12,773 bases of DNA from Azolla caroliniana (taxonomy: Eukaryota > Plantae > Polypodiophyta): contig JBHGNT010001035.1 of assembly GCA_043228905.1 (NCBI GenBank), positions 1 to 12,773 of the forward strand, given 5' to 3'. This document shows, piece by piece, positions 1 to 8,691 of the stretch. The notes beneath the pieces are model-generated. The model had not been told where the DNA came from. It saw only the letters and a program-made list of their open reading frames with translations, and searched no databases. The stretch's first letter is position 1, and every line of letters begins with the position of its first letter. Position numbers and translations under genes: made by a program.

Positions 1-2
1 AA

Positions 3-3000
3 AGGGCAAGGGCGGAGGAGCGACTTCGAGCGTGCGGAGTTCTCGGCCCGGACGAGAAAATCAGCGGGGCCGTGGAGGCGGTCTCCTTCGACGACACCTT
101 GGGGATGCTGAGGAAGGTAGCCGGAGAAGACCTTAACGAAGACCGGACGATACCGGTATGTTCCGAAGAGATGTACGAAGTCATCGCGAACTTCAGTCAG
201 GGGCTCCGGTCGGATCGGACGGCCCGAGTTAGCACGAAGTACAAAACTGTGGACCGGAAGGTAAGGCCAGTCGCGGCACCCTTACCGGAGGGCAGCGAGT
301 CCCGAATCAGAGGGGTTGCGTCGGACCCCAGTTTACGAGATCCGGTCTGCATAGGACACACCTTCACCGACGGGACGCTCCAGGAGCTCAAAATCGGTGG
401 GGGCGGGTTCCTACTGCCGGCGGAAGAAGACCGGTTTCGGAGAATGCTCGGAAGGCACGGGAAAGCCTTCGCATTCTCACCGGAAGAGATCGGGTGCGTA
501 GACCCGACAATCGTGGAGCCGATGGTGATATTCACGGTACCACATGTGCCGTGGAATCTCAAGCCGATTCCAGTACCGAGAGCTCACATCCCGAAGTTGA
601 TAGAGCTATTGAGGCAGAAAGTCGATATGGGCATTCTGGAACCATCGAGTGCCCCGTACTCGAACCGATGGTTTACCGTACCAAAGAAAAACGGAACATT
701 GCGCTTCATTCAAGACCTGCAGCCGGTCAACAGAGTGACCATTCGGAACGCAGGAATCAGACCGACCATAGACGAGTTCGCGAAGGCCTTCGCCGGAAGG
801 TCGATTTACTCGGTCGGCGATCTGTACTCGGGGTACAACCAGTTCCAGCTAGCCGTGGAGAGCAAAGACATTACGACGATGCGAACCCCCCTCGGCCTAG
901 TGCGAATGTGTACCCTGCCACAAGGAGGGACCAACTCGGTGGCCCACATGGTGAATGCAATGAACAAGGTACTGAGGGATTGCATCCCGGACATCACCAT
1001 GCCATTTCTAGACGACATTCCGATCAAGGGGTGCCCGGTGGAAGAGAAGGACGCGACACTCGGACCGGACGGATGCCGGCGATTCGTGGCAACACACATC
1101 GACGACTGCGAGAAGGTGCTACAAAGGCTAGAGGATGCGAGGCTCACCTTCTCCGGGGAGAAATCGGCCTTCGGGCAATTAGAAATCCTGGTGGTCGGAC
1201 ACCTATGTGGACCATATGGCCGGAAGCCGTCTCCGGCAAAAGTAGAAGCCATCTCCGCGATGAAGACCGACTGTAGCTCGGTTACGGAAGTTCGGAGGTT
1301 CCTGGGGGCATGCGCATTCTACCACATATGGATCCCGCATTACGCCCACGTTGCGGAGCCGCTATACGGGTTGCTGAAGAAAGGGCGAAAATTCGAGTGG
1401 CGAGACGAGCACACAGAGTTGGTCCGGAAGCTGAAGGAAGCTCTTGCGGCAGCACCGGCGCTCCGGAAGGCTGTATACGAGAAGGGTACCCCGGTATACA
1501 TAATGGTGGATACGAGTCCGACTGGGATCGGATGGGTCGTCAACCAAGAAGACGGGGACGGCATTCGGTTCCCGATCCGATTCGGCGCGAAAGTCCTCAG
1601 TGAGCAACAGCGAGGGTACGCCCAGGTTAAACGCGAACTCTGGGGTATCGTTTCGGCAGTAAAGGCCAACAAAGACTACCTAATCGGGACGGAAGTGATT
1701 ATCGAGACGGATTGCCTGCCAATTCTCGGCATGGTTTCCAGATGCGCGACACCAGACCTGGCGATGCTCAGGTGGATAGCGTACATCAAGTCCCTGGACC
1801 CGGAAATACGACACATTTCCGGAAAGGACAACGCCATGGCCGACATGCTTTCGAGGGCGAGGTTTGATGACGAGGGCGGCATGGTTTCGGAGGACGAAGA
1901 AGTCGGGGTGGACTTCTTCGAGGCAGCGTACGTGACGACCGATGGGACGAGCACTCCGGCGCTTAACGGCTTCGACGCGAGCAAGTACGACGGCGAGTGG
2001 CTCCAGATCGGTGGTTTCTTGAGGACAATGACGCCGGATGCGTCGTGGACGAGGGACGAGGCCAACTGGATCCGGAAGAAAGCATACCAATTCTTTCTTC
2101 GGGACGGATACTTATGGAAGCACCCAAAGAAGAGGAACGGCGTCCCGCTCCGGGTGGTGGCGATGAAGGAAGAACAGGAGGAGCTGCTGACGGCCTACCA
2201 CGACAGCCCTTGGGCTGGACACCGTGGAACGTGGGCCACGTTCAAGAAGATAAAGAGGAAGTACTGGTGGCCGGGACTGTACCGGGACGTGCATCGGTTC
2301 GTGACAACTTGCGAGAACTATCAGATGCACTCCATAGTCCGGCATCGGGACGAGCTTCACCCTACGTACCCTCCGACCATCCACTTCAAATGGATGGTAG
2401 ATCTGGTGACGATGCCGATGGGCGTAGGACAGATGCGGTATCTGGTCCTGGCTCGGGAAGATCTGACGAACCAGGTGGAAGGCCGAGCCCTTCAGAACAA
2501 AACGACCGCGACCGTATGTCGGTTCCTGATCGAGGACGTGATATGCCGGTACGGGTGCGTCGGGAAGATCGTGGCTGATCACGGGGAGTTGGACGCCGAA
2601 GAGGCCGAGGAGCTGTTCGACCGGCTAGGAGTCAAGCTCTCGCTTACCACTGCGTACAATCCGGAGGCGAATGGGAAGGTGGAGCGCGGACACGGACCGA
2701 TCGTCAAGGCGTTAGTTCGGGCATGCGGGGGGCAAGTCGGGAACTGGGCTGACCGAACTACGCACAGTTCGATAACCGGATTCATGCCGGCAGAGCTCAT
2801 GTTTGGGCAGAAGCCGATCATGCCGATGGAACGTACGATCTCCTCGTGGGCAACCGTGGACTGGAGAGACGAGATGAGCCGGGAGGAATTGTTGGCGGCA
2901 CGTATACGACAGCTCGAGCGAAGACTGGAGGACGTGGAGCAAGCTGCGGGAAAGCTTCGGGTGGCAAGGACGAGGAACAAAGCCCGGTTCGACCGGACGC

Positions 3001-3308
3001 GCCGGCTCCGACCGAAGAAGATCGAGGAAGGCGACTGGGTGCTAGTCTATGACAACAACCTCGACAACCAGCACCGAGCAACACATAAGTTCGCAAGAAG
3101 GTGGTTCGGGCCTTACGTGGTACAAAGCGCCAACGACAACGGGACGTACCATCTGGCGGAACTCGACGGCACGAGAATGGCGATACCGGTAGCTGGGAAG
3201 CGGATCAAAGCATTCAAGAAGCGTCACGACGACGAGTCGGATCCGGTTAACCTGGACCGGAACGACGAACGATCCGAAACCGAGGAAGAACCGACGGGCG
3301 GGGAATGA
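3..3308 (+). CDS. pol: Pol polyprotein of element A (RT, RNase H, integrase), 5'-truncated by the window edge and probably defective
   Basis: The frame is open from base 3, so the GTG at 72 is not a real start. RT motifs DLYSGYNQF, LPQG and FLDD. RNase H motifs VDTS..GIG, KRELWG, ETDCLP and NAMADMLSR. Integrase H(DSPWAG)H..CENY, D,D,E core (MVDL, VADHG, GKVER) and WFGPY. The last zinc-finger Cys is replaced by Tyr and ~9 aa are missing at 2745. Confidence 0.95.
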   Translation, partial: RARAEERLRACGVLGPDEKISGAVEAVSFDDTLGMLRKVAGEDLNEDRTIPVCSEEMYEVIANFSQGLRSDRTARVSTKYKTVDRKVRPVAAPLPEGSESRIRGVASDPSLRDPVCIGHTFTDGTLQELKIGGGGFLLPAEEDRFRRMLGRHGKAFAFSPEEIGCVDPTIVEPMVIFTVPHVPWNLKPIPVPRAHIPKLIELLRQKVDMGILEPSSAPYSNRWFTVPKKNGTLRFIQDLQPVNRVTIRNAGIRPTIDEFAKAFAGRSIYSVGDLYSGYNQFQLAVESKDITTMRTPLGLVRMCTLPQGGTNSVAHMVNAMNKVLRDCIPDITMPFLDDIPIKGCPVEEKDATLGPDGCRRFVATHIDDCEKVLQRLEDARLTFSGEKSAFGQLEILVVGHLCGPYGRKPSPAKVEAISAMKTDCSSVTEVRRFLGACAFYHIWIPHYAHVAEPLYGLLKKGRKFEWRDEHTELVRKLKEALAAAPALRKAVYEKGTPVYIMVDTSPTGIGWVVNQEDGDGIRFPIRFGAKVLSEQQRGYAQVKRELWGIVSAVKANKDYLIGTEVIIETDCLPILGMVSRCATPDLAMLRWIAYIKSLDPEIRHISGKDNAMADMLSRARFDDEGGMVSEDEEVGVDFFEAAYVTTDGTSTPALNGFDASKYDGEWLQIGGFLRTMTPDASWTRDEANWIRKKAYQFFLRDGYLWKHPKKRNGVPLRVVAMKEEQEELLTAYHDSPWAGHRGTWATFKKIKRKYWWPGLYRDVHRFVTTCENYQMHSIVRHRDELHPTYPPTIHFKWMVDLVTMPMGVGQMRYLVLAREDLTNQVEGRALQNKTTATVCRFLIEDVICRYGCVGKIVADHGELDAEEAEELFDRLGVKLSLTTAYNPEANGKVERGHGPIVKALVRACGGQVGNWADRTTHSSITGFMPAELMFGQKPIMPMERTISSWATVDWRDEMSREELLAARIRQLERRLEDVEQAAGKLRVARTRNKARFDRTRRLRPKKIEEGDWVLVYDNNLDNQHRATHKFARRWFGPYVVQSANDNGTYHLAELDGTRMAIPVAGKRIKAFKKRHDDESDPVNLDRNDERSETEEEPTGGE

Positions 3309-3368
3309 AGGCTGGACCGGTTTTCTCCGTCCCAACTCAACTTGGCGCATGCCGGTGGATGCGCAGTT

Positions 3369-3381
3369 AGGTGGGGGCGGA
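3369..3381 (+). promoter_or_regulatory. Polypurine tract (plus-strand primer) of element A
   Basis: AGGTGGGGGCGGA directly abuts the LTR start TGTCG. Confidence 0.85.
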
Positions 3382-4030
3382 TGTCGTGAAGAAAACCGTC
3401 CACGAGCGGAATCGGTGCGCCGGAGCATAGGAACCGGCTCTTCATGCACGTACGCCTTATGTTGCACATAAGAGAGAATTAGGGGGACATGGAAGATCCT
3501 AGGTAGGTAGATTCGGTAGGTAGGCAGTTAATAGGAAACGGCTCCCTTCTTGCCTATAAAAGGAGGGAGACGAGGAAGAGGAAGGGATCGCGAAATCAGA
3601 GAGGACGAAGTGTTGTCGGGTTGTGGGTCGAAGGCTTCTCTCTCTTCCATACTCTCCGTAGCTTCTTTCTGTGCAGGTTTCGTGAGGCTCGCACTGCTCT
3701 GAGGAATGCCCGAGTGCTTCCGGCAGCACCTCCAACCTACTCCTTCCTTTCTGAGCGTTTGCGAACAGGCATCAACATCTGTTCGCCGGCCTGTTCGGTT
3801 GTAACCGACTTCGTGCTTTTGTTGTTTGTCTCTGTTAATATATACTTACATACCGTTGTGCCTCTCTATGTTGGTTTCCCCGCTCGCGTCTTCGTGTCGA
3901 AGGGCCGTGTCCCTGTGGATCTACGCTCGCACGTAGTGGGTCCCTTCCCTTCTCCTTTCCCTATTGCTCTTCGGTACAAGACCCCCGAGGTCCCGCCTCA
4001 TTCCACGCATCCGCGAGGAGTACCTCGACA
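3382..4030 (+). repeat. 3' LTR of element A (649 bp)
   Basis: Starts TGTCG right after the PPT and ends CGACA (5-bp terminal inverted repeat). The first 11 nt (TGTCGTGAAGA) and the last ~60 nt match the ends of LTR B. Element B integrase sequence resumes at 4031. Confidence 0.9.
3555..3561 (+). promoter_or_regulatory. TATA box in U3 of LTR A
   Basis: CCTATAAAAGG about 170 bp into the LTR. Confidence 0.7.
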
Positions 4031-6356
4031 GCGTATGGGAGCAACCTCGGCCAGTTGCCGACTTGACCATGGCACGCACGTACAATGGCCTTTACGATCA
4101 GGGCGTGGCCCCGTTCAATCTTTCCGTTTGCTTCTGTGTTGTACACTGTTGTGAGGGACAGTTTTACGCCTAACCGATCGAACAGTTCCTCGGCCTCTTC
4201 CACATTTAGCTCTCCTCGGTCAGCCACGATTTTCCCCACGCACCCGTATCGGCATATGACATCCTCGATCAAAAACTTGCATACGGCTGCGGTGGTCTTG
4301 TTCGTTAGTGCTCGTCCCTCCACCTGGTTGGTTAGGTCCTCTCTAGCCAGCACTAGGTATCGCTTCTGACCTTCACCCATTGGCATCGTAACTAAGTCAA
4401 CCATCCATTTGAAGTGCACGGTCGGGGGATAAGTTGGGCGTAGTTCGTCGCGGTGTCAAACCACCGAGTGCATATGGCAGCTTTCGCATGTGGACACGAA
4501 GTTGTGCACGCTCTTGTACATGCCTGGCCACCAATACTTTCCTTTTAGCTTCTCGAATGTAGCCCATGTACCCCGGTGTCCAAACCAAGGGCTCTCGTGG
4601 AACTCCGACATCAGCTTCTGTTGGTCATTCGCCCGCGTTATCACCTAAGGAGGTGCGTCATTTCGCCTTTTTGGGACCCTCTAGATTTTTCCGTTCCGCA
4701 GGAAGTATCTATATGCTTTCTTTCGGAGCTGTCTGGCCTCCTCCTTAGTCATCGTGGCGTCTGTCATCATTGTCTCCGAAAATCTCCCGATTAGAAGCCA
4801 CTCCCCATCGTAGCCGTCTTCATCGAACTCATTCACGGGCGGAGCACTTCACCCTTTTATCCTCACCCTTGCCGATTTGAAGAAGTCTGCGCCGACTTCT
4901 TCGCTCTCTGATACCATGTCGTCCTCATCCTCAAATCTTGCTCTAGAAAGCATATCGGCCATGGCATTGTCTTTACCCGAGATGTGTCGTATCTCCGGGT
5001 TCAGGGACTTGATGTACGCAATCCACCTGAGCATGGCCAGGTCGGGAGTTGCGCATCCGGAGACCATACCGAGAATCGGCAAGCAGTCTATTTCGATAAT
5101 TACTTAGGTCCCGATTAGGTAATCTTTGTCGACCTTAACCACCGAAACGATACCCCACAGCTCACGCTTGACTTGGGCGTACCCTCGTTGTCGCTCACTC
5201 AGTACCTTCACACCGAACCGGATAGGGAAGCGCGTGCCATCTTCGTCCTCTTGATTTACAACCCACCCGATCCCGGTCGGGTTGGTGTCCACAGTGATGT
5301 AGACAGGAGTTCCCGATGCGTATTCCGCTTTGCGCAAAGCCGGTGCCGCGGCAAGCATTTGTTTTAGTTTCTGGACCGCTCTCGTATGTTCCTTTGTCCA
5401 TTCGAATTTCCTGTTCTTCTTCAGCAGGCCGTAGAGTGGTTCGGCGACGTGCGCGTAATGAGGGATCCATATGTGGTAGAAGGCGCATGCTCCTAGGAAC
5501 CGTCGAACCTCCGTGATGGATCCGCACTCCTCCTTCATTGCTGAGATGGCCTCTACCTTGGTCGGTGATGGCTTCCAGCCATATGGCCCACATAGGTGGC
5601 CAACCACTAATATCTCTGGTTTTCTGAAAGCCAACTTTTCGCCCGAGAAGGTAAGTTGCGCGCCCTCGAGCCTCTATAGTATCTTCTCGCAGTCGGAGAT
5701 GTGGTTCGCGACAAACCTTCGGCACCCGTCCGCACCGATCGACTCATCCTTAGCGTCTTCCAGACACCCTCTCATAGGGATGTCCTCTAGGAAAGGCATG
5801 GTGATGTCCGGGATGCAGTCCCTCAGAACTCTGTTCATTGCGTTCACCATGTGTGCCACCGAGTTGGTTCCGCCCTATGGTAGGGTACACATTCGAACTA
5901 GGCCGAGAGGGGTCCGCATCGTCGTGATGTCCCTGCTCTCCACGGCGAGCTGGAATTGGTCGTACCCCGAGTAAAGGTCTCTGACCGAGTACATGGACCT
6001 TCCGACGAAGGCTTCAGTGAACTCGTCGATCGATGGCCCGACTCCCGTATTGTGGATGTCCTGGATGAACCACAGCGTGTCGTTCTTCTTTGGTACTGTA
6101 AACCACCGGTTAGAATAGGGGGCACTCGACGGTTCGAGGATTCCCAGCTCCACTTTCTGCTTAAGAAGCTCCATCAACATCAGCATGTCAGCTCTCGGTA
6201 CTGGGATTGGCTTGAGACTCCATGGTACGTGTGGTACTGTAAAGATCATCATTGGCTCGACGATGGTTGGGTCGACGCACCCGATCTCTCCTAGTGAGAA
6301 TGCGAAGGCCTTCCCGTGCCTCGCGAGCATTCCTCAGAACCAGTCCTCTTTCGCCG
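4031..6356 (-). pseudogene. pol: pol pseudogene of element B (RT, RNase H, integrase up to ...GNWPRLLPYA)
   Basis: Track ORFs 5875-6330, 5674-5859, 5104-5634, 4849-5082, 4456-4644 and 3961-4419 all share one frame. In-frame stops at 6334, 5875, 5674, 5104, 4849, 4681, 4645 and 4456. Catalytic FLDD has become FLED. An 8-codon deletion lies near 6057. Confidence 0.93.
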
Positions 6357-6478
6357 AACTAGCCTATCTTGCCGACCGTTGCTTCTATGGCCCGGTCGAG
6401 GGCACTCGCGCCCTCGCGAGCACTAACCAGGCGGTCTACCACCACCACCATTGCTTCTGCCAGTTCGCTTCCTCTCAT
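6357..6478 (-). pseudogene. gag: N-terminal stub of gag of element B
   Basis: ATG ~25 nt after the PBS gives MRGSELAEAMVVVVDRLVSAREGASALDRAIEATVGKIG*F, which then jumps straight into pol-homologous sequence. The call rests mainly on position. Confidence 0.65.
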
Positions 6479-6502
6479 CTCCAGATTCCCTTGCTGCCCT
6501 TC

Positions 6503-6520
6503 TTCACGTCAGGTTCACCA
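6503..6520 (-). promoter_or_regulatory. Primer binding site complementary to the 3' end of tRNA-Trp
   Basis: Minus strand TGGTGAACCTGACGTGAA, 4 nt from the LTR end. It matches 17/18 to the complement of the plant cytosolic tRNA-Trp 3' end as I recall it (..TTCACGTCGGGTTCACCA). Confidence 0.85.
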
Positions 6521-6750
6521 AAGATATCGAGGAAATCCTCGCGGATGCGTGGAAGTCGGGTAGGACCATGGGGGTCTCGAACCGAGGAATCGAGGAAACG
6601 AGAAGGGAGCCGTTTGACAATTGCGTAGGTCTTGGGACCGCGAGAAAACAGGTAATGCTAGCGATCGAGAGAGGGTAAAAGAGTTGTGCGTAGACGCGGA
6701 CACGGGCAAGACACTGAGAACAATGTTTGTTAGGCAAAGAGGGTTTCTAT

Positions 6751-6972
6751 TAAACAACACAAGTGCACAATGCGGTGGGTGATTACAGCCGGGTCAAAGT
6801 CGGTGATGGAGCGTGGAGCTTGGTAAACAACATAGGTGCACAATGCAGTGGGTGATTACAACCGGATCAGAGCCAGTGATGGAGCGTGGAGCTTGGTAAA
6901 CAACACAGGTGCACAGTGCGGTGGGTGTTTACAGCCGGATTAGAGCCAGTGATGGGGTGCGGAGCTTGGTAA
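6751..6972. repeat. Three tandem 73-bp repeats inside LTR B
   Basis: Units start TAAACAACA at 6751, 6824 and 6897. Each contains GTGCAC and ends GGAGCTTGG. Confidence 0.95.
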
Positions 6973-7060
6973 TAGCCAGACACGAAGGTGCATTGGCACG
7001 CTGAAGGTCGATCCCTTAGCCGGGAGCGCCTTCCGATGATTAGTCCTCCTCCTCTTTTTT

Positions 7061-7135
7061 GTATCTCCTCTTTTCTGTATCTCCCCTCCTCTCCTCTCAA
7101 TGGCTTCCTCTTTTCTCAATGGCCTCCTCTTTTCT
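7061..7135. repeat. Short tandem duplications in a pyrimidine-rich part of LTR B
   Basis: GTATCTCC twice with a 16-bp period, and CTCAATGGCYTCCTCTTTT twice with a 19-bp period. Confidence 0.75.
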
Positions 7136-7863
7136 AGCACAAGGAGCGATCGTTACCAGCATTCATGACTCCTCTCTTTCCCTTCCTAGATCCTCTCCCC
7201 TCGTAACTCTCCCTACATATGCGATGTCTATTTCTTCATTAATGCCCTGACTACCTTGTACCCCTCTGTATACTCAGGCCTAGTACTTTCCCTAGCTAAT
7301 TCTCTCGAGGCGTGCACTCGCGTAAACCGGTGTTCCTACGCGTTTCTCCTTGTTTCTACCTATGGCTCGGAATCTTCACGACACCGTAGGAGCCACACCT
7401 TCATGCATATATAGCCTTTGTACATAGTCTAGCATCTCTTCATTTGTAAAGTGACCTTTCACATCTTCTTTCTTAGCCTTGAGTTGTCCCCATGCTAGTT
7501 TTGGTTTGAGCTTAAACAAGTTTTTCTTTTTCATCTCTTGCATTTGGAAATATCTTCTTTTCTTTCTCCTCACTACTTTCTTATATAGGTGCCATGCAAC
7601 AATCTTTTCATTTTCCCCTTCTATGGACTTAAACCATTTGAGATACATCTTACATTCATTATCGAACCAAGAGTTACATGGAAAACTAGACATCTTATGC
7701 CAACCTTCATGCCTCTTAAAGTATTGATATCCAGCCTTACGAATGATATCCTTGAATCAAATGTTGCTAATTTTCATTAACATCGTTTCTTAAAGAAAAA
7801 TTTAACAAATGGCTCTCCATCATTCGCATGCATCTTAGCTTTTTCATAGCAAGGTCAGATGAT

Positions 7864-8301
7864 TGTTACCGATTAGGAACACAGTCTGCGGTCAGTCCTT
7901 CGACCTAGACCTCCAAGTGATTGTGGAACAACGAATGGTGGCGTCTATGCGTAATGTGTAGGGGAATGTGCCCCATAACCTATCAGCGTATAAGGGAGAC
8001 GGCTACAACCGACCCCTTAGTAGTGATTACACTCACGTTCTTACACGCTCAGGTATTCCAGACACACAGTAGATTAGTCGTAGCTATACACAGACTTTCA
8101 GAGAAGATAGAATTCTATTACGATACGCTTCTTTACATTCCAAAATACACGCTCCCTCTATCAGAGGTTTTCTGCCCTTTATATACGCAGGGTCTATTTA
8201 GCCGTTCACGCTTCCTGCGTGAACCGTTACATGCGTTATGATCTTATATTATTTCTTATTCCTGCGCTCTTGTCCATCAGTTACTATTCCGGCGGACAAC
8301 A
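7864..8301 (-). mobile_element. Solo LTR (438 bp) of a third LTR family
   Basis: TGTT...AACA termini with a perfect 5-bp TSD ATGAT (7859-7863 and 8302-8306). No visible similarity to LTR A or B. Strand is inferred only from GTATATAAAG on minus at 8177-8186. Confidence 0.88.
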
Positions 8302-8691
8302 ATGATACATCTCTTTTCGTCTTTCACTCCATAAATGACATCTATTTGATGAAATGTGGAATTGCAAGCTTTAAGTACAATGGCTTATGGTCCGAGTCCG
8401 GAGATAAAGAGCCAACCTTAAACACATTCACCAATGATAGATCACAAGCCGACATTAATGTGTAATCAACCACACTTCCTCCACATGAGGATGGTAAACA
8501 TGTGAGGACATTTGTCAATGGGAATGACTTTATACCATTTAGGATAATCCAGTTTGTGCAATTTCGCATATGTATCAAAAGTTTTCCATAATCTGACATG
8601 ACACAATCCTTTGAGTCACACAATAGACAATGATCTACTACAGTTTCTCCAGATGTCTCCATATTTTGGAAATTTCCAACTCTTGCATGAA

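Larger units (their letters stand above)
1..4030 (+). mobile_element. Ty3/Gypsy LTR retrotransposon A (non-chromovirus type), 3' part: pol, PPT and 3' LTR; 5' part lies left of the window
   Basis: Domain order RT-RNaseH-integrase, followed by a PPT and a TG...CA LTR. The integrase ends in a GPY/F motif with no chromodomain. Confidence 0.96.
4031..7383 (-). mobile_element. Ty3/Gypsy LTR retrotransposon B, related to A; internally deleted, decayed and interrupted by A at 4030/4031
   Basis: 5' LTR, PBS, gag stub and a pol collinear with element A pol (e.g. shared HFKWMVDLVTMPMG and TPDLAMLRWIAYIKSL). Confidence 0.95.
6525..7383 (-). repeat. 5' LTR of element B (859 bp)
   Basis: Minus strand starts TGTCGTGAAGA at 7383 and ends CCTCGATA (CGACA with one C>T), followed by the PBS. 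AT-rich LINE sequence begins abruptly at 7384. Confidence 0.88.

Noticed and set aside
197-3469. Many overlapping alternative-frame and antisense ORFs over pol A (e.g. 494-1276, 1997-2578)
   Set aside because: They are shadow ORFs expected in GC-rich coding DNA and carry no recognisable motifs.
3975-4030. Alternative LTR end at GACCCCC(G/A) followed by a TGGTCC 'PBS', implying a tandem element sharing an LTR
   Set aside because: The TGTCG/CGACA inverted termini and the 17/18 tRNA-Trp PBS at 6503-6520 place the true LTR ends at 4030 and 6525.
3621-4154. 177-aa ORF after pol as an env-like or extra gene
   Set aside because: It has a non-ATG start, lies in the T-rich LTR, and crosses the insertion junction into antisense integrase of B.
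420-6356. A and B as one giant inverted repeat or a recent inverted duplication
   Set aside because: Synonymous sites are heavily diverged and the LTRs differ, so these are separate related families.
6751-6972. 73-bp repeats as a CRISPR array or tRNA cluster
   Set aside because: The units are head-to-tail with no unique spacers, I see no cloverleaf or A/B boxes, and the context is a eukaryotic LTR.
7921-8241. 106-aa ORF within 7864-8301
   Set aside because: It has a non-ATG start and no motifs, and lies wholly inside the solo LTR.
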